From an uncultured Pseudomonadales bacterium (GTDB lineage Bacteria > Pseudomonadota > Gammaproteobacteria > Pseudomonadales > Balneatricaceae), in the NCBI GenBank assembly GCA_943787595.1, contig CALSNA010000002.1, positions 310,467 through 374,466 on the forward strand: a stretch of DNA of 64,000 nt. The letters are read 5' to 3'. The position numbers and the translations under genes are program-made. The notes beneath the pieces were generated by a model. The model saw only the letters and a program-made list of their open reading frames with translations, made no database searches and was not told where the DNA came from. Below, in pieces: positions 36,523 through 47,677 of the stretch. The stretch's first letter is position 1. Every line of letters begins with the position of its first letter.

Positions 36523-38028
36523 TTAGTGGCGCCGTTGGCGCAAATACAGCGCTAATAGTAAACCCAGTAATCCGAATATGATGACAGGCCAGTTACGCCA
36601 ATAGCTAAAGGGAGTGCGCCCTTGCTGCAAGGTAATGTGGCCAATGATCTCGGTACGAACAAAAGGTTCAGCCATCGCAATGATTTTTCCACGGTGGTTA
36701 ATCAAAGCAGAAACGCCGCTGTTGGTAGCGCGAATCAGAGGACGACCATTTTCCAGCGCACGCAAGCGCGCCATCTGCAAATGTTGCCAAGGTGCAGCTG
36801 ACTTATCAAACCAACTGTCGTTGCTGACTGTGAGCATGGCACTACCTTGGTGTGCAAGACGGGCAATGCTGCTGGCATAAGTAATCTCATAGCATATACT
36901 GGATGCCAGCGGGGTAGCGCCATCAGTGAGCAGGCCCTGATCAACCAGTGGTACATGCAAATTCGACATGGGTAAGTCAAAAAAGGCAATTAGCCCCCTG
37001 AGTTGGCTTTCCCATGGGATATATTCACCAAATGGTACCAGCCGCTGCTTATGATATTGGCCTTGCTCAGCACCAAAAGCAACCAAACTGTTGTGATATT
37101 TGGGTTCGTCCTTACTGCCAGATCGCCAAACAACACCGCTAACGACAATAGTCTTTTGTGCTTCTGCTTGACGCATCAAATTAGCAAAAGTGGGTTCTAC
37201 CAGATCCCAATAAGTGGCAATGGCTGTTTCTGGCCAGACCACTACATCACTGTCCAGATGCTGCTGAGTTTGTTGGTAATAATAAGCCAGGGTAGAATTT
37301 AGATGTTGTGGCAACCATTTTTTTTTCAGGGGCACATTACCCTGCAACAACGTGACTTGCCGAACCCCATTGGCCACATCCTGAGTCAGTGGCAATTGCT
37401 GCAAGGCTAGCCCACTCAACCAAATAGCGAACAGGCCCAAAGTTGACGACCATCGGCCATAGCCCAGAAGTAACCGCAACAGCAAGATAGCACTGAACAA
37501 TATTAACAAGGTCAGCCCATGCACACCCAGCCAGGGGGCCCAACCGTCCAGCCAAGTGTCCATTGCCGCATAGCCCAAGTACAGCCATGGAAATCCAGTT
37601 AGCAGCCATCCACGGAGCAAATCCAGCAGTAACCACAGGCTAATAAACAACAGGGCGTGCTGACTGCGGGTGTGACCAAAACGGTTCGTTAGATAACCAA
37701 GGAAAGCATAAAACAATGCCAACGATGCACAAAATATTAAGGTTAGCAATAATGCTAAAGGCATAGCAGTATTACCGTGGCGTATCATGCTGATATAAAC
37801 CCAGCTGACACCTACCAGAAAATATCCCAATCCATAGCTGAAACCCAGCCGCCCACCAGCTTGAGGCTGTTGTTGCAATAGCCACCAGAAAACAGCACTA
37901 GAAAGGGGTGCCAACGGCCACAGTGATAGGGGAGCCAAAGCCAAGGAGGCAATTGCTCCAGCCAGAAAGGCAGTTATCACACTAAACAGAAGAATCATTG
38001 AATGATTCATGCCGAACAACAGAACCAT
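36523..38028 (-). CDS. lnt: Apolipoprotein N-acyltransferase
   Basis: Multi-TM N-terminal half plus a CN-hydrolase domain (VVWPETAI, HKQRLVPFGEYIP, ICYEITY). It is the last gene of the miaB-ybeZ-ybeY-corC-lnt block. The start is uncertain (38028, 38010 or 37998). Confidence 0.88.
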   Translation of the reverse strand: MVLLFGMNHSMILLFSVITAFLAGAIASLALAPLSLWPLAPLSSAVFWWLLQQQPQAGGRLGFSYGLGYFLVGVSWVYISMIRHGNTAMPLALLLTLIFCASLALFYAFLGYLTNRFGHTRSQHALLFISLWLLLDLLRGWLLTGFPWLYLGYAAMDTWLDGWAPWLGVHGLTLLILFSAILLLRLLLGYGRWSSTLGLFAIWLSGLALQQLPLTQDVANGVRQVTLLQGNVPLKKKWLPQHLNSTLAYYYQQTQQHLDSDVVVWPETAIATYWDLVEPTFANLMRQAEAQKTIVVSGVVWRSGSKDEPKYHNSLVAFGAEQGQYHKQRLVPFGEYIPWESQLRGLIAFFDLPMSNLHVPLVDQGLLTDGATPLASSICYEITYASSIARLAHQGSAMLTVSNDSWFDKSAAPWQHLQMARLRALENGRPLIRATNSGVSALINHRGKIIAMAEPFVRTEIIGHITLQQGRTPFSYWRNWPVIIFGLLGLLLALYLRQRRH

Positions 38029-38878
38029 CCTCGGATAATACAGGTTCTACTTTTAGCAAGCGAATACGTCGGGAATCAGCAGCCAGGATGTGAAAACGTA
38101 GCGCATCAATCACCGTTGTTTCCCCTTTATTGGGTAAGTGACCAAACTGGTGAGTCACAATACCGCCAATAGTGCCAAATTCATCAGCATCAAAACAGGT
38201 GTTGAAATGTAAGTTAAAATCCTCGACTGAGGTTAGCCCTTTGACCATGTGTCCACTTTCAGCGAGCGGACGAATATTGCCACTGTTATCTTCAGCATCA
38301 TATTCATCCTCAATTTCTCCAACAATCTGTTCCAGTACATCTTCAATGGTGACCAACCCCGCCACACCGTTATATTCATCCAACACCAGAGCCATATGAT
38401 AACGATTAGTGCGAAACTCATTGAGCAATACTGTCAAACGCTTACTTTCAGGAACAAAGATAGGCTTACGCAAAATTCTGCTGATATCAAAATCATCTAT
38501 ATTTCCCTGAAGAGTATAGGGTAGTAAATCCTTGGCCAATAGAATACCGTGTATATCATCAAGGGTTTCGCCCACCACTGGGAAGCGGGAGTGGGCACTG
38601 TCGATAATAGTTGTTATGAATTCCTGTGGGGGCTGATTGATACGTACTGTAGCCATCTGTGGCCTTGGTATCATAATATTGCGCACCTGCATTTCTGATA
38701 TCTGCATGGCGCCTTCAATGACACCAAGCGTCTCAAGATCCAGCACCTGGTCGGTTTCAGCCTGACGAATCTGCTGCAACAGCTCTTCTCGATTACTCGG
38801 TTTATCACATAGAAAATTGGAGATTTCATCTAACCAAGAACGTTTTCCCTGTTCTTTGATCGACTTGGGGTCGTTCAT
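37982..38878 (-). CDS. corC: CorC/HlyC-family Mg/Co efflux-associated protein (CBS pair plus CorC_HlyC domain)
   Basis: From MNDPKSIKEQ...: VRNIMIPRPQM, HSRFPV, HMALVLDEYNGVAGLVTIEDVLEQIVGEIEDEYD, and C-terminal GHLPNKGE. Start placed at ATG 38878. Confidence 0.88.
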   Translation of the reverse strand: MNDPKSIKEQGKRSWLDEISNFLCDKPSNREELLQQIRQAETDQVLDLETLGVIEGAMQISEMQVRNIMIPRPQMATVRINQPPQEFITTIIDSAHSRFPVVGETLDDIHGILLAKDLLPYTLQGNIDDFDISRILRKPIFVPESKRLTVLLNEFRTNRYHMALVLDEYNGVAGLVTIEDVLEQIVGEIEDEYDAEDNSGNIRPLAESGHMVKGLTSVEDFNLHFNTCFDADEFGTIGGIVTHQFGHLPNKGETTVIDALRFHILAADSRRIRLLKVEPVLSEDGSVVRHESFNDSSV

Positions 38879-38894
38879 ACGAGGTTTCCTAGGG

Positions 38895-39398
38895 TCACGG
38901 GTAACTGCGTGGGTGAACTGAGTCTTTGCTATAGGGGTTGGGAATATCCAGTTTTGCCAGCAAATTAGTTTCAAGCTGTTCCATTATCATGGCCTGAGGG
39001 CAGTCACTGTGATCATAGCCCTGTAGATGCAAAGTACCATGAATAACCAAATGAGCCCAATGATGCCATAGCCTTTTCTCTTGGCTAGCAGCTTCCCGCA
39101 CTACTTGAGGCGCACTAATTACCAAATCACCCAGCAATCGGTATTTACCCAGTTCTGGAGCGGTAATTCCGGCAGGAAGAACGAACGGAAAAGACAATAC
39201 ATTGGTAGGTTTGTCCTGACCTCGATACATATGATTCAAACGTTGGCTTTCCTCGTCATCTACCACGCGGATAGTTAATTCAACTAGTTGCTGTGCCAGA
39301 CCAGTTGGCTGAAGGGCTAAGTTGGTCCAATTGTGGAGATCAGCCCGACTGGGCAAGTCAACAACAACAGTAGCCAACTGCAGATCAAGTTTTAGCAT
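38895..39398 (-). CDS. ybeY: Endoribonuclease YbeY (rRNA maturation)
   Basis: Metal-binding signature HLVIHGTLHLQGYDH, plus NHMYRGQDKPTNVLSFP. The start at 39398 overlaps the phoH-like stop. Confidence 0.9.
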   Translation of the reverse strand: MLKLDLQLATVVVDLPSRADLHNWTNLALQPTGLAQQLVELTIRVVDDEESQRLNHMYRGQDKPTNVLSFPFVLPAGITAPELGKYRLLGDLVISAPQVVREAASQEKRLWHHWAHLVIHGTLHLQGYDHSDCPQAMIMEQLETNLLAKLDIPNPYSKDSVHPRSYP

Positions 39399-40449
39399 TT
39401 GAAACCCGTTGCTGATCATGAGTGTGATAGTCTTCGACAATGCGTTGCACCAATGGATGCCTGACTACGTCCTTAGAGGAGAAATAAGTAAAACCAATCG
39501 TTTCAACCTGTTTCAACACTGCCATGGCATGAACTAAACCTGACTCGGTATTACGGGGTAGATCTACCTGAGTAATGTCGCCGATAATCACTGCAATTGT
39601 ACCAAAGCCAATCCGGGTGAGGAACATTTTCATCTGCTCACGGGTGGTATTTTGGCTCTCATCTAATATAACAAAAGCACCATTAAGAGTACGACCACGC
39701 ATAAATGCTAGTGGCGCAACTTCAATAATGTTTTTTTCAATCAAGCGATTAACTGTTGCCAAACCCATCATTTCATATAAGGCGTCGTACAGAGGTCGCA
39801 GATAAGGATCAATTTTCTGAGTTAAGTCACCCGGCAAAAAACCCAGTTTTTCACCGGCTTCCACGGCAGGGCGCACCAACAGTATGCGACGGATCGCTTC
39901 CCGTTCCAACGCTTCAACAGCACTGGCTACCGCCAAATAAGTCTTGCCAGTTCCAGCTGGACCAATACCAAAATTGATATCATTGCGCCGGATGGCATCA
40001 ATATAATTACGCTGGGTTGTACCTCGCGGTTTGATAGTGCGGCATCGAGTGCGAATGGATAGGTTGGAGCGAAGGTCACTTAAGACTGTATCGTGCTGGT
40101 TATCCGGATAGCCACTGACAGTGTTATTAACCGTATCATCTGGCTGACTTAAATGACGGGTTTCAATCAGCGCCAGATGAACCATTTCTGGAGTCAACTC
40201 AAGGTGATTTGGTGCATCCTGATACAATCGTTGCAGTGTTTGTCGCCCCTGCTCAATAGCAGTATTGGAACCGCTAAGGTGAAAACGATTGCCACGATTA
40301 CTAATCTGGATTGCAAGACGCTGTTCGATTAGTTGCAGATTTTCATTTAGATGCCCCAGCAACTTGGCCAAATGCTGGTGATGGTCAGGCTCAAGACTGA
40401 AAGTTAGGGTTCTTGCCTCACTGGTAGCCACTGAATTTGATACGGTCAA
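39385..40449 (-). CDS. ybeZ: PhoH-family ATPase (YbeZ)
   Basis: Walker A GPAGTGKTYLAV, ILLVRPAVEAGEKLGFLPGDL, FVILDESQNTT. Confidence 0.9.
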   Translation of the reverse strand: MTVSNSVATSEARTLTFSLEPDHHQHLAKLLGHLNENLQLIEQRLAIQISNRGNRFHLSGSNTAIEQGRQTLQRLYQDAPNHLELTPEMVHLALIETRHLSQPDDTVNNTVSGYPDNQHDTVLSDLRSNLSIRTRCRTIKPRGTTQRNYIDAIRRNDINFGIGPAGTGKTYLAVASAVEALEREAIRRILLVRPAVEAGEKLGFLPGDLTQKIDPYLRPLYDALYEMMGLATVNRLIEKNIIEVAPLAFMRGRTLNGAFVILDESQNTTREQMKMFLTRIGFGTIAVIIGDITQVDLPRNTESGLVHAMAVLKQVETIGFTYFSSKDVVRHPLVQRIVEDYHTHDQQRVSNAKT

Positions 40450-40458
40450 GTTGAATTA

Positions 40459-41856
40459 TTACCTCATGGCATTTGTGATATTTTTATTGAACCAATTTTT
40501 TTGCGTTGGAGCAAGCCCCTGCAACTCAGAATTAACCAGTTGACCACTCAAGGAATGTGGGTGAGCTGCAATAATACGAACCTGGGCAAACTTGCCAATC
40601 AAATCGGGATCATCAGCAATAAAATTAACAACTCGGTTATTTTCCGTGCGCCCACTCAATTTACCGGGGTCTCTCTTGGAATAACCACTGACCAGGATAG
40701 TCTGTAAACTACACACCATAGACTGACTGATGGCATAAGCCTGCTGTTCAATACGTCGCTGCAACAGACCCAGGCGCTGGCGCTTAACATCCATAGGGGT
40801 TTGATCCGGCAGATTAACTGCCGGCGTGCCGGGCCTGGGACTATATATGAAACTAAAGGAGCTATCAAAACCCATATCAGTGATAAGTTGCATGGTAGCA
40901 TTGAAGTCGGTCTCGGTCTCTCCAGGGAACCCGACGATAAAGTCAGATGAAAAACTGATATCTGGTCGCAATTTACGGAGTTGACGTAGCTTAGCCTTAT
41001 ATTCGAGCGCAGTATGACCGCGCTTCATGGCCATAAGAATCTTGTCAGAACCTGATTGCACGGGTAGATGCAAGTGACTGACCAGTTCCGGTATATCATA
41101 GTAGACTGAAATCAAACTATCGCTAAATTCCACCGGGTGAGATGTAGTAAAGCGAATCCGATCAATGCCATCAATAGCTGCTACAAGAGTGATCAGTTCA
41201 GCCAGATCAATTGGTTCACCTCGGCCAGTTTCACCACGATAAGCATTGACATTCTGACCCAGTAAATTGACTTCACGCACGCCTTGTTGTGCCAGTTGAG
41301 TTATTTCTTGCAGTACATCATGGACAGGCCGGCTAACCTCATCACCACGGGTATATGGCACGACACAGAAGGTACAGTACTTGCTACAGCCTTCCATGAT
41401 AGAAACCAAGGCTTCAGCACCATCCGCAGATGGTGCTGGCAAATGATCGAATTTTTCAATTGTGGGAAAACGGACATCTACCACACCGGTCTGTCCTTGC
41501 TCAGTCAACGCAATCATTTCCGGTAGCCTATGTAAGGTCTGTGGCCCGAAGACCATATCAACATAAGGCGCACGTTGACGGATAGCTTCACCTTCCTGGC
41601 TGGCCACACAGCCACCCACACCTATTTTTAAGTTTGGCTTGGTTTGCTTTAGCTTACGCCAGCGACCAAGTTGGTGAAATACTTTTTCCTGAGCTTTTTC
41701 GCGAATAGAGCACGTGTTAAGGAGCAACACATCTGCTTCTTCTGGATTCTGGGTCAGCTCCATAGCATGGCTTGCACCTAGCAGATCGGCCATACGCGAC
41801 GAATCGTAATCATTCATCTGGCAACCATGAGTTTTAATAAACAGTTTCTTGCTCAT
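40459..41856 (-). CDS. miaB: tRNA-i6A37 methylthiotransferase MiaB (radical SAM)
   Basis: [28 protein letters not shown], and the radical-SAM cluster motif [21 protein letters not shown] domain at the C-terminus. Confidence 0.93.
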   Translation of the reverse strand: MSKKLFIKTHGCQMNDYDSSRMADLLGASHAMELTQNPEEADVLLLNTCSIREKAQEKVFHQLGRWRKLKQTKPNLKIGVGGCVASQEGEAIRQRAPYVDMVFGPQTLHRLPEMIALTEQGQTGVVDVRFPTIEKFDHLPAPSADGAEALVSIMEGCSKYCTFCVVPYTRGDEVSRPVHDVLQEITQLAQQGVREVNLLGQNVNAYRGETGRGEPIDLAELITLVAAIDGIDRIRFTTSHPVEFSDSLISVYYDIPELVSHLHLPVQSGSDKILMAMKRGHTALEYKAKLRQLRKLRPDISFSSDFIVGFPGETETDFNATMQLITDMGFDSSFSFIYSPRPGTPAVNLPDQTPMDVKRQRLGLLQRRIEQQAYAISQSMVCSLQTILVSGYSKRDPGKLSGRTENNRVVNFIADDPDLIGKFAQVRIIAAHPHSLSGQLVNSELQGLAPTQKNWFNKNITNAMR

Positions 41857-42195
41857 AATGCTACCCTCACATAACCGGGACCCAGAATTTGCACAACAAT
41901 CACCCTATGTTATCTGATCGGGATGCTATAGAGAATCTGGGCATAATATTCTGTTGCACGCGTTCAATGCATTTGCCGAATACCAAAAAAACCCATTCAT
42001 TCAGCTACTGAAAGATCACTGAATGCACTATTATTTGACTTGATACCAGCCTCTTTTGTCACGGTCGCACTCGGCTTTTTTATCAGAACCAAATAGCTCG
42101 TTAAAGCAGGCCACATGGCTAGGAAATCGCTTATAAAGCAGGTTGGCACGACCATATTCTATATTTCTACAAAGGCACAGTGGATCACCTGATCG

Positions 42196-42516
42196 CTAAA
42201 CAGGCTTTTTACCACTGAAAGGCAGGTGATGCAATGCACCATTGGATTTACTGATTTTAGCCGTCCCTTCTTTCTCCACCTCATCAATGCGGATTATAGA
42301 GTGCATCGGAATATAGCTGCATTTTACCTGAGCAAATTCATGCTTGAGCTTTTCCTCAGCAGGATCGACCAAGACTTGGCTGCGTTCACCAAAAACAAGT
42401 TCTTCTACTTCAACAAAGCCGTACATATCACTGGGATATACGTGGCGGGCAAAAATTTCATACACACTATCTTGGCTGGCAAAAATAACCTTGTAAATAC
42501 GATTTGATTTTTTCAT
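42196..42516 (-). CDS. DUF1820-family protein
   Basis: IYKVIFASQDSVYEIFARHVYPSDMYGFVEVEELVFGERSQVLVDPAEEKLKHEFAQVKCSYIPMHSIIRIDEVEKEG matches my recollection of conserved gammaproteobacterial DUF1820 proteins. Confidence 0.7.
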   Translation of the reverse strand: MKKSNRIYKVIFASQDSVYEIFARHVYPSDMYGFVEVEELVFGERSQVLVDPAEEKLKHEFAQVKCSYIPMHSIIRIDEVEKEGTAKISKSNGALHHLPFSGKKPV

Positions 42517-43610
42517 GAAAAATATTAGCCATCATCCAGGGTGGCGCATTGTAGCAGAAAATCATCTCTTACCAAATGCTTAGTAATAACCAATGACACT
42601 AAAATTAGCATAGTTCAGCTAATCATCATATTTTAGCATAGCATTGAAAAACAAGTTGAGCTGAAGGATAGAACCATACCGGCAGATCATCGACTGAATT
42701 GCATCTGATCTGAATATTTGCTGTAAAAGTTGGCCGCTAGGGTTTTAATGTCATCACACAAAGGTATAGTGCTAGGAGTATGCCATATGTAAGAAGTTTT
42801 TGGCCCAATAACATTGTAAACTATTCCAAAACACGTTTTTCTGTCATGCGTTACAGCAATATCTTTGGCTCACAGGACTCAGTTTTCAACTGAATTGCCA
42901 CAACGACCTTTGGCATCCGCCTGTAAAACGAGACCTCAACCGTTTTTTCTCAAAGTAAGGCACGTCAAAATTCATCGCATCAGGCAGATTTGTGGTATAA
43001 AAAGCGACCCATCAGTACTCAAACCCTTTGCTTGCTTCGTAGAAAGAAACTCAACAGGACACCTTGTTATTCTCAATTCAGTGGCACTGAGAATAACTAA
43101 GATCTATGACTAAAGAGCTTGGCAAGAATTCATCAACAACTCGCCATCATAGATAAAACAACAGATGCATATTTTTATTATAACTGTTATCTGGAAGGAG
43201 TTTGGTAACGTTATTGTTAAGACACCCCGTTGCGTTTTAACAATTATGGCTACTAATTGCCTCCAGCCTGGCAGTAATATTGCAAAGCGGCAAGTAGGGT
43301 GCTTTATACCTCATTGTTTATGCATCAGCCATCGTAGAAGCTCTAAGCAAAAAACCTACCCTGAATTTCCAAATTAATACAATATCCAAGTTCTTGGCAA
43401 TGGAATCAAACACAAAAAGAATACACAAATTGTAGAATCTGATACAGGATATGAAAAAAGCTTACAACGACCAAAAATATTTTCAGGGCAGTTAATATTG
43501 CCTTAGTAAACAGGCTAAAAGTGGTTTACATCAAGAAGTCTTTAAGAAAAGGATGATATCAAAATAACATCAGATATTTCAGAAATCTGGAACTTCATTA
43601 GAATAATAGA

Positions 43611-43685
43611 TGGCTGGGGTAGCAGGATTCGAACCTGCGCATGCTGGGATCAAAACCCAGTGCCTTACCGCTTGGCTATACCCCA
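43611..43685 (-). tRNA. tRNA-Gln (anticodon UUG)
   Basis: The reverse complement is TGGGGTATAGCCAAGCGGTAAGGCACTGGGTTTTGATCCCAGCATGCGCAGGTTCGAATCCTGCTACCCCAGCCA. The anticodon loop is TTTTGAT. Confidence 0.92.
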
Positions 43686-43710
43686 ATAATATCTACATTA
43701 ACGAATAAAA

Positions 43711-43787
43711 TGGTGGCTATGACTAGATTCGAACTAGTGACCCCATCATTATGAGTGATGTGCTCTAACCAACTGAGCTACATAGCC
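43711..43787 (-). tRNA. tRNA-Met, elongator (anticodon CAU)
   Basis: The reverse complement is GGCTATGTAGCTCAGTTGGTTAGAGCACATCACTCATAATGATGGGGTCACTAGTTCGAATCTAGTCATAGCCACCA. It is nearly identical in the D and anticodon arms to E. coli metT as I recall it. Confidence 0.88.
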
Positions 43788-43976
43788 ATACTGACTGGCA
43801 GTTTGCTGAAAGCCAAAAAGTAGTATTAATATGGCTCTTTCAACAACTCCCTGAGGACGCGAATTATTCCTTGTTTCCGTATGGCTGTCAAGCATGCCAA
43901 CAAGCGTAAGGGTTTATTTCTCAATCCAGATCAAAACTATCTTTAGGTCTTTACTGAATACAACAATGATAAATAA

Positions 43977-45068
43977 CTATACATTAAAGCGGAAATGAAC
44001 AACATCACCATCTTGAATGTTGTATTGCTTACCTTCCAAACGCCACTTACCTACCTCTTTAGCACCCTGTTCGCCCTTATGGATGATAAAGTCCTCATAG
44101 GCCACCACTTCAGCACGAATAAAGCCTGTTTCAAAATCCGTATGGATAACACCGGCTGCTTGAGGGGCACTGGTGTTCAGCGGTATGGTCCAGGCCCGCA
44201 CTTCCCTGGGTCCAGCAGTAAAATAGGTTTGTAGACCAAGTAGCTCATAGCCAGCCCGAATGACACGTTCCAGCCCTGCCTCTGTCATACCGAGTTCGGT
44301 TAAAAAATCCAAGCGTTCTGCATCAGCCAGTTCAGCAATTTCGGCCTCCATCTGGTTACAAATGGTCACGACTCGATTCCCTTCATCAGCAGCTAACTGA
44401 CACACTGCATTAAGATATGGGTTATCATCAAAGCCATCTTCAGCCACATTGGCAATGTACATGATGGGCTTAGTGGTCAGTAGGTGGAAACTGCGCAGAT
44501 GCAATTTCTCTGCGGCAGTGAAGTTAAGTGAGCGAGTCGCAATACCAGCTGACAAGGATGCTTGTAAACGTTGTAACAAGGCTAATGTTGTGATGGAATC
44601 CCGATCGCCACTACGAGTCACACGCTGGACCCGGGCTATTTGTTTTTCTACTGATTCAAGGTCAGCCAGAGCCAATTCAAGATTGATCGTGGCAATGTCG
44701 TCCAGTGGATCAATCCGGTTGGCAACATGCATAATTTGATTATCTTCAAAGCATCGCACTACATGAGCAATGGCATCAGTCTCACGGATATTGGCCAGAA
44801 ACTGGTTGCCTAAACCTTCACCACAGGATGCACCCGCTACCAAACCTGCAATGTCTACAAATTCCATCGTGGTTGGAATTATCCGTTCCGGTTTAACCAG
44901 AGCGGCCACAGCTTGCAAGCGTGGGTCAGGCATTGCTACAGTGCCTGTGTTGGGTTCGATGGTACAAAACGGAAAATTTTCAGCACTAATGCCAGCTTTG
45001 GTAAGGGCATTGAATAACGTCGATTTACCAACGTTAGGAAGACCAACAATACCGCATTTAAATCCCAT
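43977..45068 (-). CDS. ychF: Ribosome-binding ATPase YchF
   Basis: [41 protein letters not shown], and a C-terminal TGS-like [13 protein letters not shown]. Confidence 0.93.
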   Translation of the reverse strand: MGFKCGIVGLPNVGKSTLFNALTKAGISAENFPFCTIEPNTGTVAMPDPRLQAVAALVKPERIIPTTMEFVDIAGLVAGASCGEGLGNQFLANIRETDAIAHVVRCFEDNQIMHVANRIDPLDDIATINLELALADLESVEKQIARVQRVTRSGDRDSITTLALLQRLQASLSAGIATRSLNFTAAEKLHLRSFHLLTTKPIMYIANVAEDGFDDNPYLNAVCQLAADEGNRVVTICNQMEAEIAELADAERLDFLTELGMTEAGLERVIRAGYELLGLQTYFTAGPREVRAWTIPLNTSAPQAAGVIHTDFETGFIRAEVVAYEDFIIHKGEQGAKEVGKWRLEGKQYNIQDGDVVHFRFNV

Positions 45069-45086
45069 AGTTTTACTCTGAATCGG

Positions 45087-45698
45087 TTAAGTTATTACAG
45101 CACTGTGCAAACCATGCATGGCTTTTTGCCATTGCCCACAAATGGCATACGGAAGGTAGTTTATGGATTCATCTGCAGCTTGTTGTGATCGCTTTCGATC
45201 ACTTGCCGAAGCTTTGTTCAACACATAGCCCAGTACCTCACAACGATTGCCAGGATGCCCAATGCCCAATCGCAAGCGATAGAAATCGCGCTGCCCACCT
45301 AGCTTACAAATAATGTCACGCAGGCCATTATGGCCACCGTGACCACCACCATGTTTGAAACGAGCAACTCCAGTGGCCAGGTCTAGCTCATCATGGGCAA
45401 TCAGAATGGCAGGGACAGGCAGTCGGTAAAAATTGGCCAGGGCTTGCACAGCCTGCCCACTCAGGTTCATATATGTAGTGGGAACCAAAAGGTGCAAAAT
45501 ATGTCCCTGTATACTAATACGACCATACAGCCCTTGATAGCGTTTTTCAGGCGTTAGCTTAATACCATGCCTTTGGGCCAGTTCAAGAACGAATTCCTGG
45601 CCAGCATTATGGCGGGTTTGATCGTATTTTTTACCTGGATTTCCCAGCCCAACAAGCAATTGTAGGGTATTAGACGTCATAGTGGCTGTATCGGACAT
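45087..45698 (-). CDS. pth: Peptidyl-tRNA hydrolase
   Basis: LLVGLGNPGKKYDQTRHNAG, IAHDELDL, GGHGGHNGLRDI. The true start may be the internal Met (MTSNTLQ). Confidence 0.92.
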   Translation of the reverse strand: MSDTATMTSNTLQLLVGLGNPGKKYDQTRHNAGQEFVLELAQRHGIKLTPEKRYQGLYGRISIQGHILHLLVPTTYMNLSGQAVQALANFYRLPVPAILIAHDELDLATGVARFKHGGGHGGHNGLRDIICKLGGQRDFYRLRLGIGHPGNRCEVLGYVLNKASASDRKRSQQAADESINYLPYAICGQWQKAMHGLHSAVIT

Positions 45699-45790
45699 GC
45701 AGGAAGGCCCTCACTCTAACAAGATACCTAATGTAATGATGTGACAGCCACGATGGTGGTGTTGCCTAAAATATGGGGGCTAAAAATGAT

Positions 45791-46381
45791 CTAGCTGCCT
45801 CGCTTAGCTGTAATAGTCGCAACAGCCTGGTCATAGTCGCCACCCAAATTTAGTGCACGAATGTGCGCACCCTTAGGAAGTTTGATATCAGACAAGTGCA
45901 CTATGCCACCGACCGGGACGTCCATCATGTCTACATGGACATATTCTGGCAAATCTACTGGCAAGCAGGTGATTGCCACTTCAGTTTGTTGGTGAGAAAT
46001 ACGTCCACCACCCGTTTTTACTGCTGGACAACTACCTTCATTAAGGAACTTTATAGGCACAGGAACACGGATCAGATTGGTATCAACAACACGCATAAAA
46101 TCAACGTGCAAGATCTCTTGTTTAGCTGGATGACGCTGTATATCCTTAACAATGACTGGTTCTGAATCACCATCAATATTAAGATTCAGTATGGTAGAAA
46201 AAAAGGTTAGTGTTTCACTGACTTTAAGCAGGTCTTTATGCTCTAGTGTCAACGGTTGCGGCTTTTTATTGCTGGCATCACCAAACAGTATAGCAGGCAC
46301 CAGGCCTGCTTCACGACGCAGTCGGCGGCTCGCACCTTTCCCTGTATCGCTACGCTTTTGGGCATTTAATGTGATTGACAT
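45791..46381 (-). CDS. rplY: 50S ribosomal protein L25 / general stress protein Ctc
   Basis: LNAQKRSDTGKGASRRLRREAGLVPAILFG and IQRHPAKQEILHVDF. The length indicates the long Ctc form. Confidence 0.9.
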   Translation of the reverse strand: MSITLNAQKRSDTGKGASRRLRREAGLVPAILFGDASNKKPQPLTLEHKDLLKVSETLTFFSTILNLNIDGDSEPVIVKDIQRHPAKQEILHVDFMRVVDTNLIRVPVPIKFLNEGSCPAVKTGGGRISHQQTEVAITCLPVDLPEYVHVDMMDVPVGGIVHLSDIKLPKGAHIRALNLGGDYDQAVATITAKRGS

Positions 46382-46477
46382 GGGTCTCTCCGTTTACTGT
46401 CAGTAACACTCGCGACCAGTGCTACTGAGGTTGTTGATTACCTCATCAGAGGCGGCATGGTCAATGCCAAGAATGCA

Positions 46478-47422
46478 CTATGCGCGAAACATGGCACTGA
46501 TGGATTCTTCATTGCAGACGCGGCGTACAGATTCTGCTAATAAATCAGCCAAAGTCAACTGGCGTATTCGACTGGAAGCATTACCTACAAGCGATAATGG
46601 GATCGTATCGGTAACCACAAGTTCGTCGAGCGAAGAATTATTGATATTGTCAAGGGCTGGACCAGATAGAACTGCATGGGTAACATAGGCAACCACCTTA
46701 ATCGCACCACTGGACTTAAGGGCATCAGCAGCCTTACACAAGGTTCCGGCAGTGTCACACATATCATCCACCAGGATACATGTACGGTCAACCACATCAC
46801 CAATAATGTGCATCACCTGGGATTCGTTGGCTTTTTCCCTTCGTTTATCAATAATCGCCAGATCTGTATTTAACTGTTTAGCGACAGCTCGTGCCATGAT
46901 TACACCACCCACATCCGGGGATACAATTAGCGGCTTGTCATAGCTTTGGGCACTGATTTCGTCTAGTAACACCAGCGAGCCAAACACATTGTCAACCGGT
47001 ATATCGAAAAAGCCCTGAATCTGCTCAGCGTGTAAGTCAACTGTTAGGACGCGATCAATACCGCTACGGGCCATCATGGACGCAACTACTTTAGCGCTGA
47101 TGGGAACACGAGCTGAACGTGGCCGACGATCTTGCCGGGCATAACCGAAGTATGGCACAACTGCAGTGACTCGACTAGCTGAAGCACGACGCATTGCATC
47201 CGCCATCAGGATCAGTTCCATCAGATGATCATTGGTGGGCGCACAGGTTGGCTGAATAATAAATACATCCTTACCCCGCACATCCTCATCAAGTTCTATG
47301 GCACTTTCACCATCACTGAACTTGCTAACGGTAGCTTTACCTAATGGAACGCCAAGTTGTTCGACCACTTTTCTAGCCAATTCCGGGTTGGCGTTACCGG
47401 TAAATACCTTAAGTTTTAACAC
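46478..47422 (-). CDS. prs: Ribose-phosphate pyrophosphokinase
   Basis: [40 protein letters not shown] and [12 protein letters not shown] are PRPP synthetase motifs. GTG start. Confidence 0.93.
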   Translation of the reverse strand: MLKLKVFTGNANPELARKVVEQLGVPLGKATVSKFSDGESAIELDEDVRGKDVFIIQPTCAPTNDHLMELILMADAMRRASASRVTAVVPYFGYARQDRRPRSARVPISAKVVASMMARSGIDRVLTVDLHAEQIQGFFDIPVDNVFGSLVLLDEISAQSYDKPLIVSPDVGGVIMARAVAKQLNTDLAIIDKRREKANESQVMHIIGDVVDRTCILVDDMCDTAGTLCKAADALKSSGAIKVVAYVTHAVLSGPALDNINNSSLDELVVTDTIPLSLVGNASSRIRQLTLADLLAESVRRVCNEESISAMFRA

Positions 47423-47677
47423 ACTGATCCCCTTAATTTGGTATTACTGACGGGACCTCTTACAAGCTACTATTTGCATCCTTGTTGATACCCAATAGGG
47501 TAGCTTGGTTACAAGGTATTGAAGTCAAGATTGCGCACTTTACCGCTCAGAGGCTGGCTTGTTGAATTTATGATCCAAACTAGCGATAGTAATTACAAAA
47601 GGCGCGTATTCTGGCTTAAAGGCACACTAATGTCAACTAAATAGGACTTTGTTTTAGGCAGAGATTATGGTGCTTTT

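Noticed and set aside
36614-37636. Long antisense or alternative-frame ORFs within lnt (and similarly within the TPR gene, thiP, the hemY-like gene, prs and ychF)
   Set aside because: Each overlaps a gene with strong family motifs on the other frame or strand. These are typical shadow ORFs.
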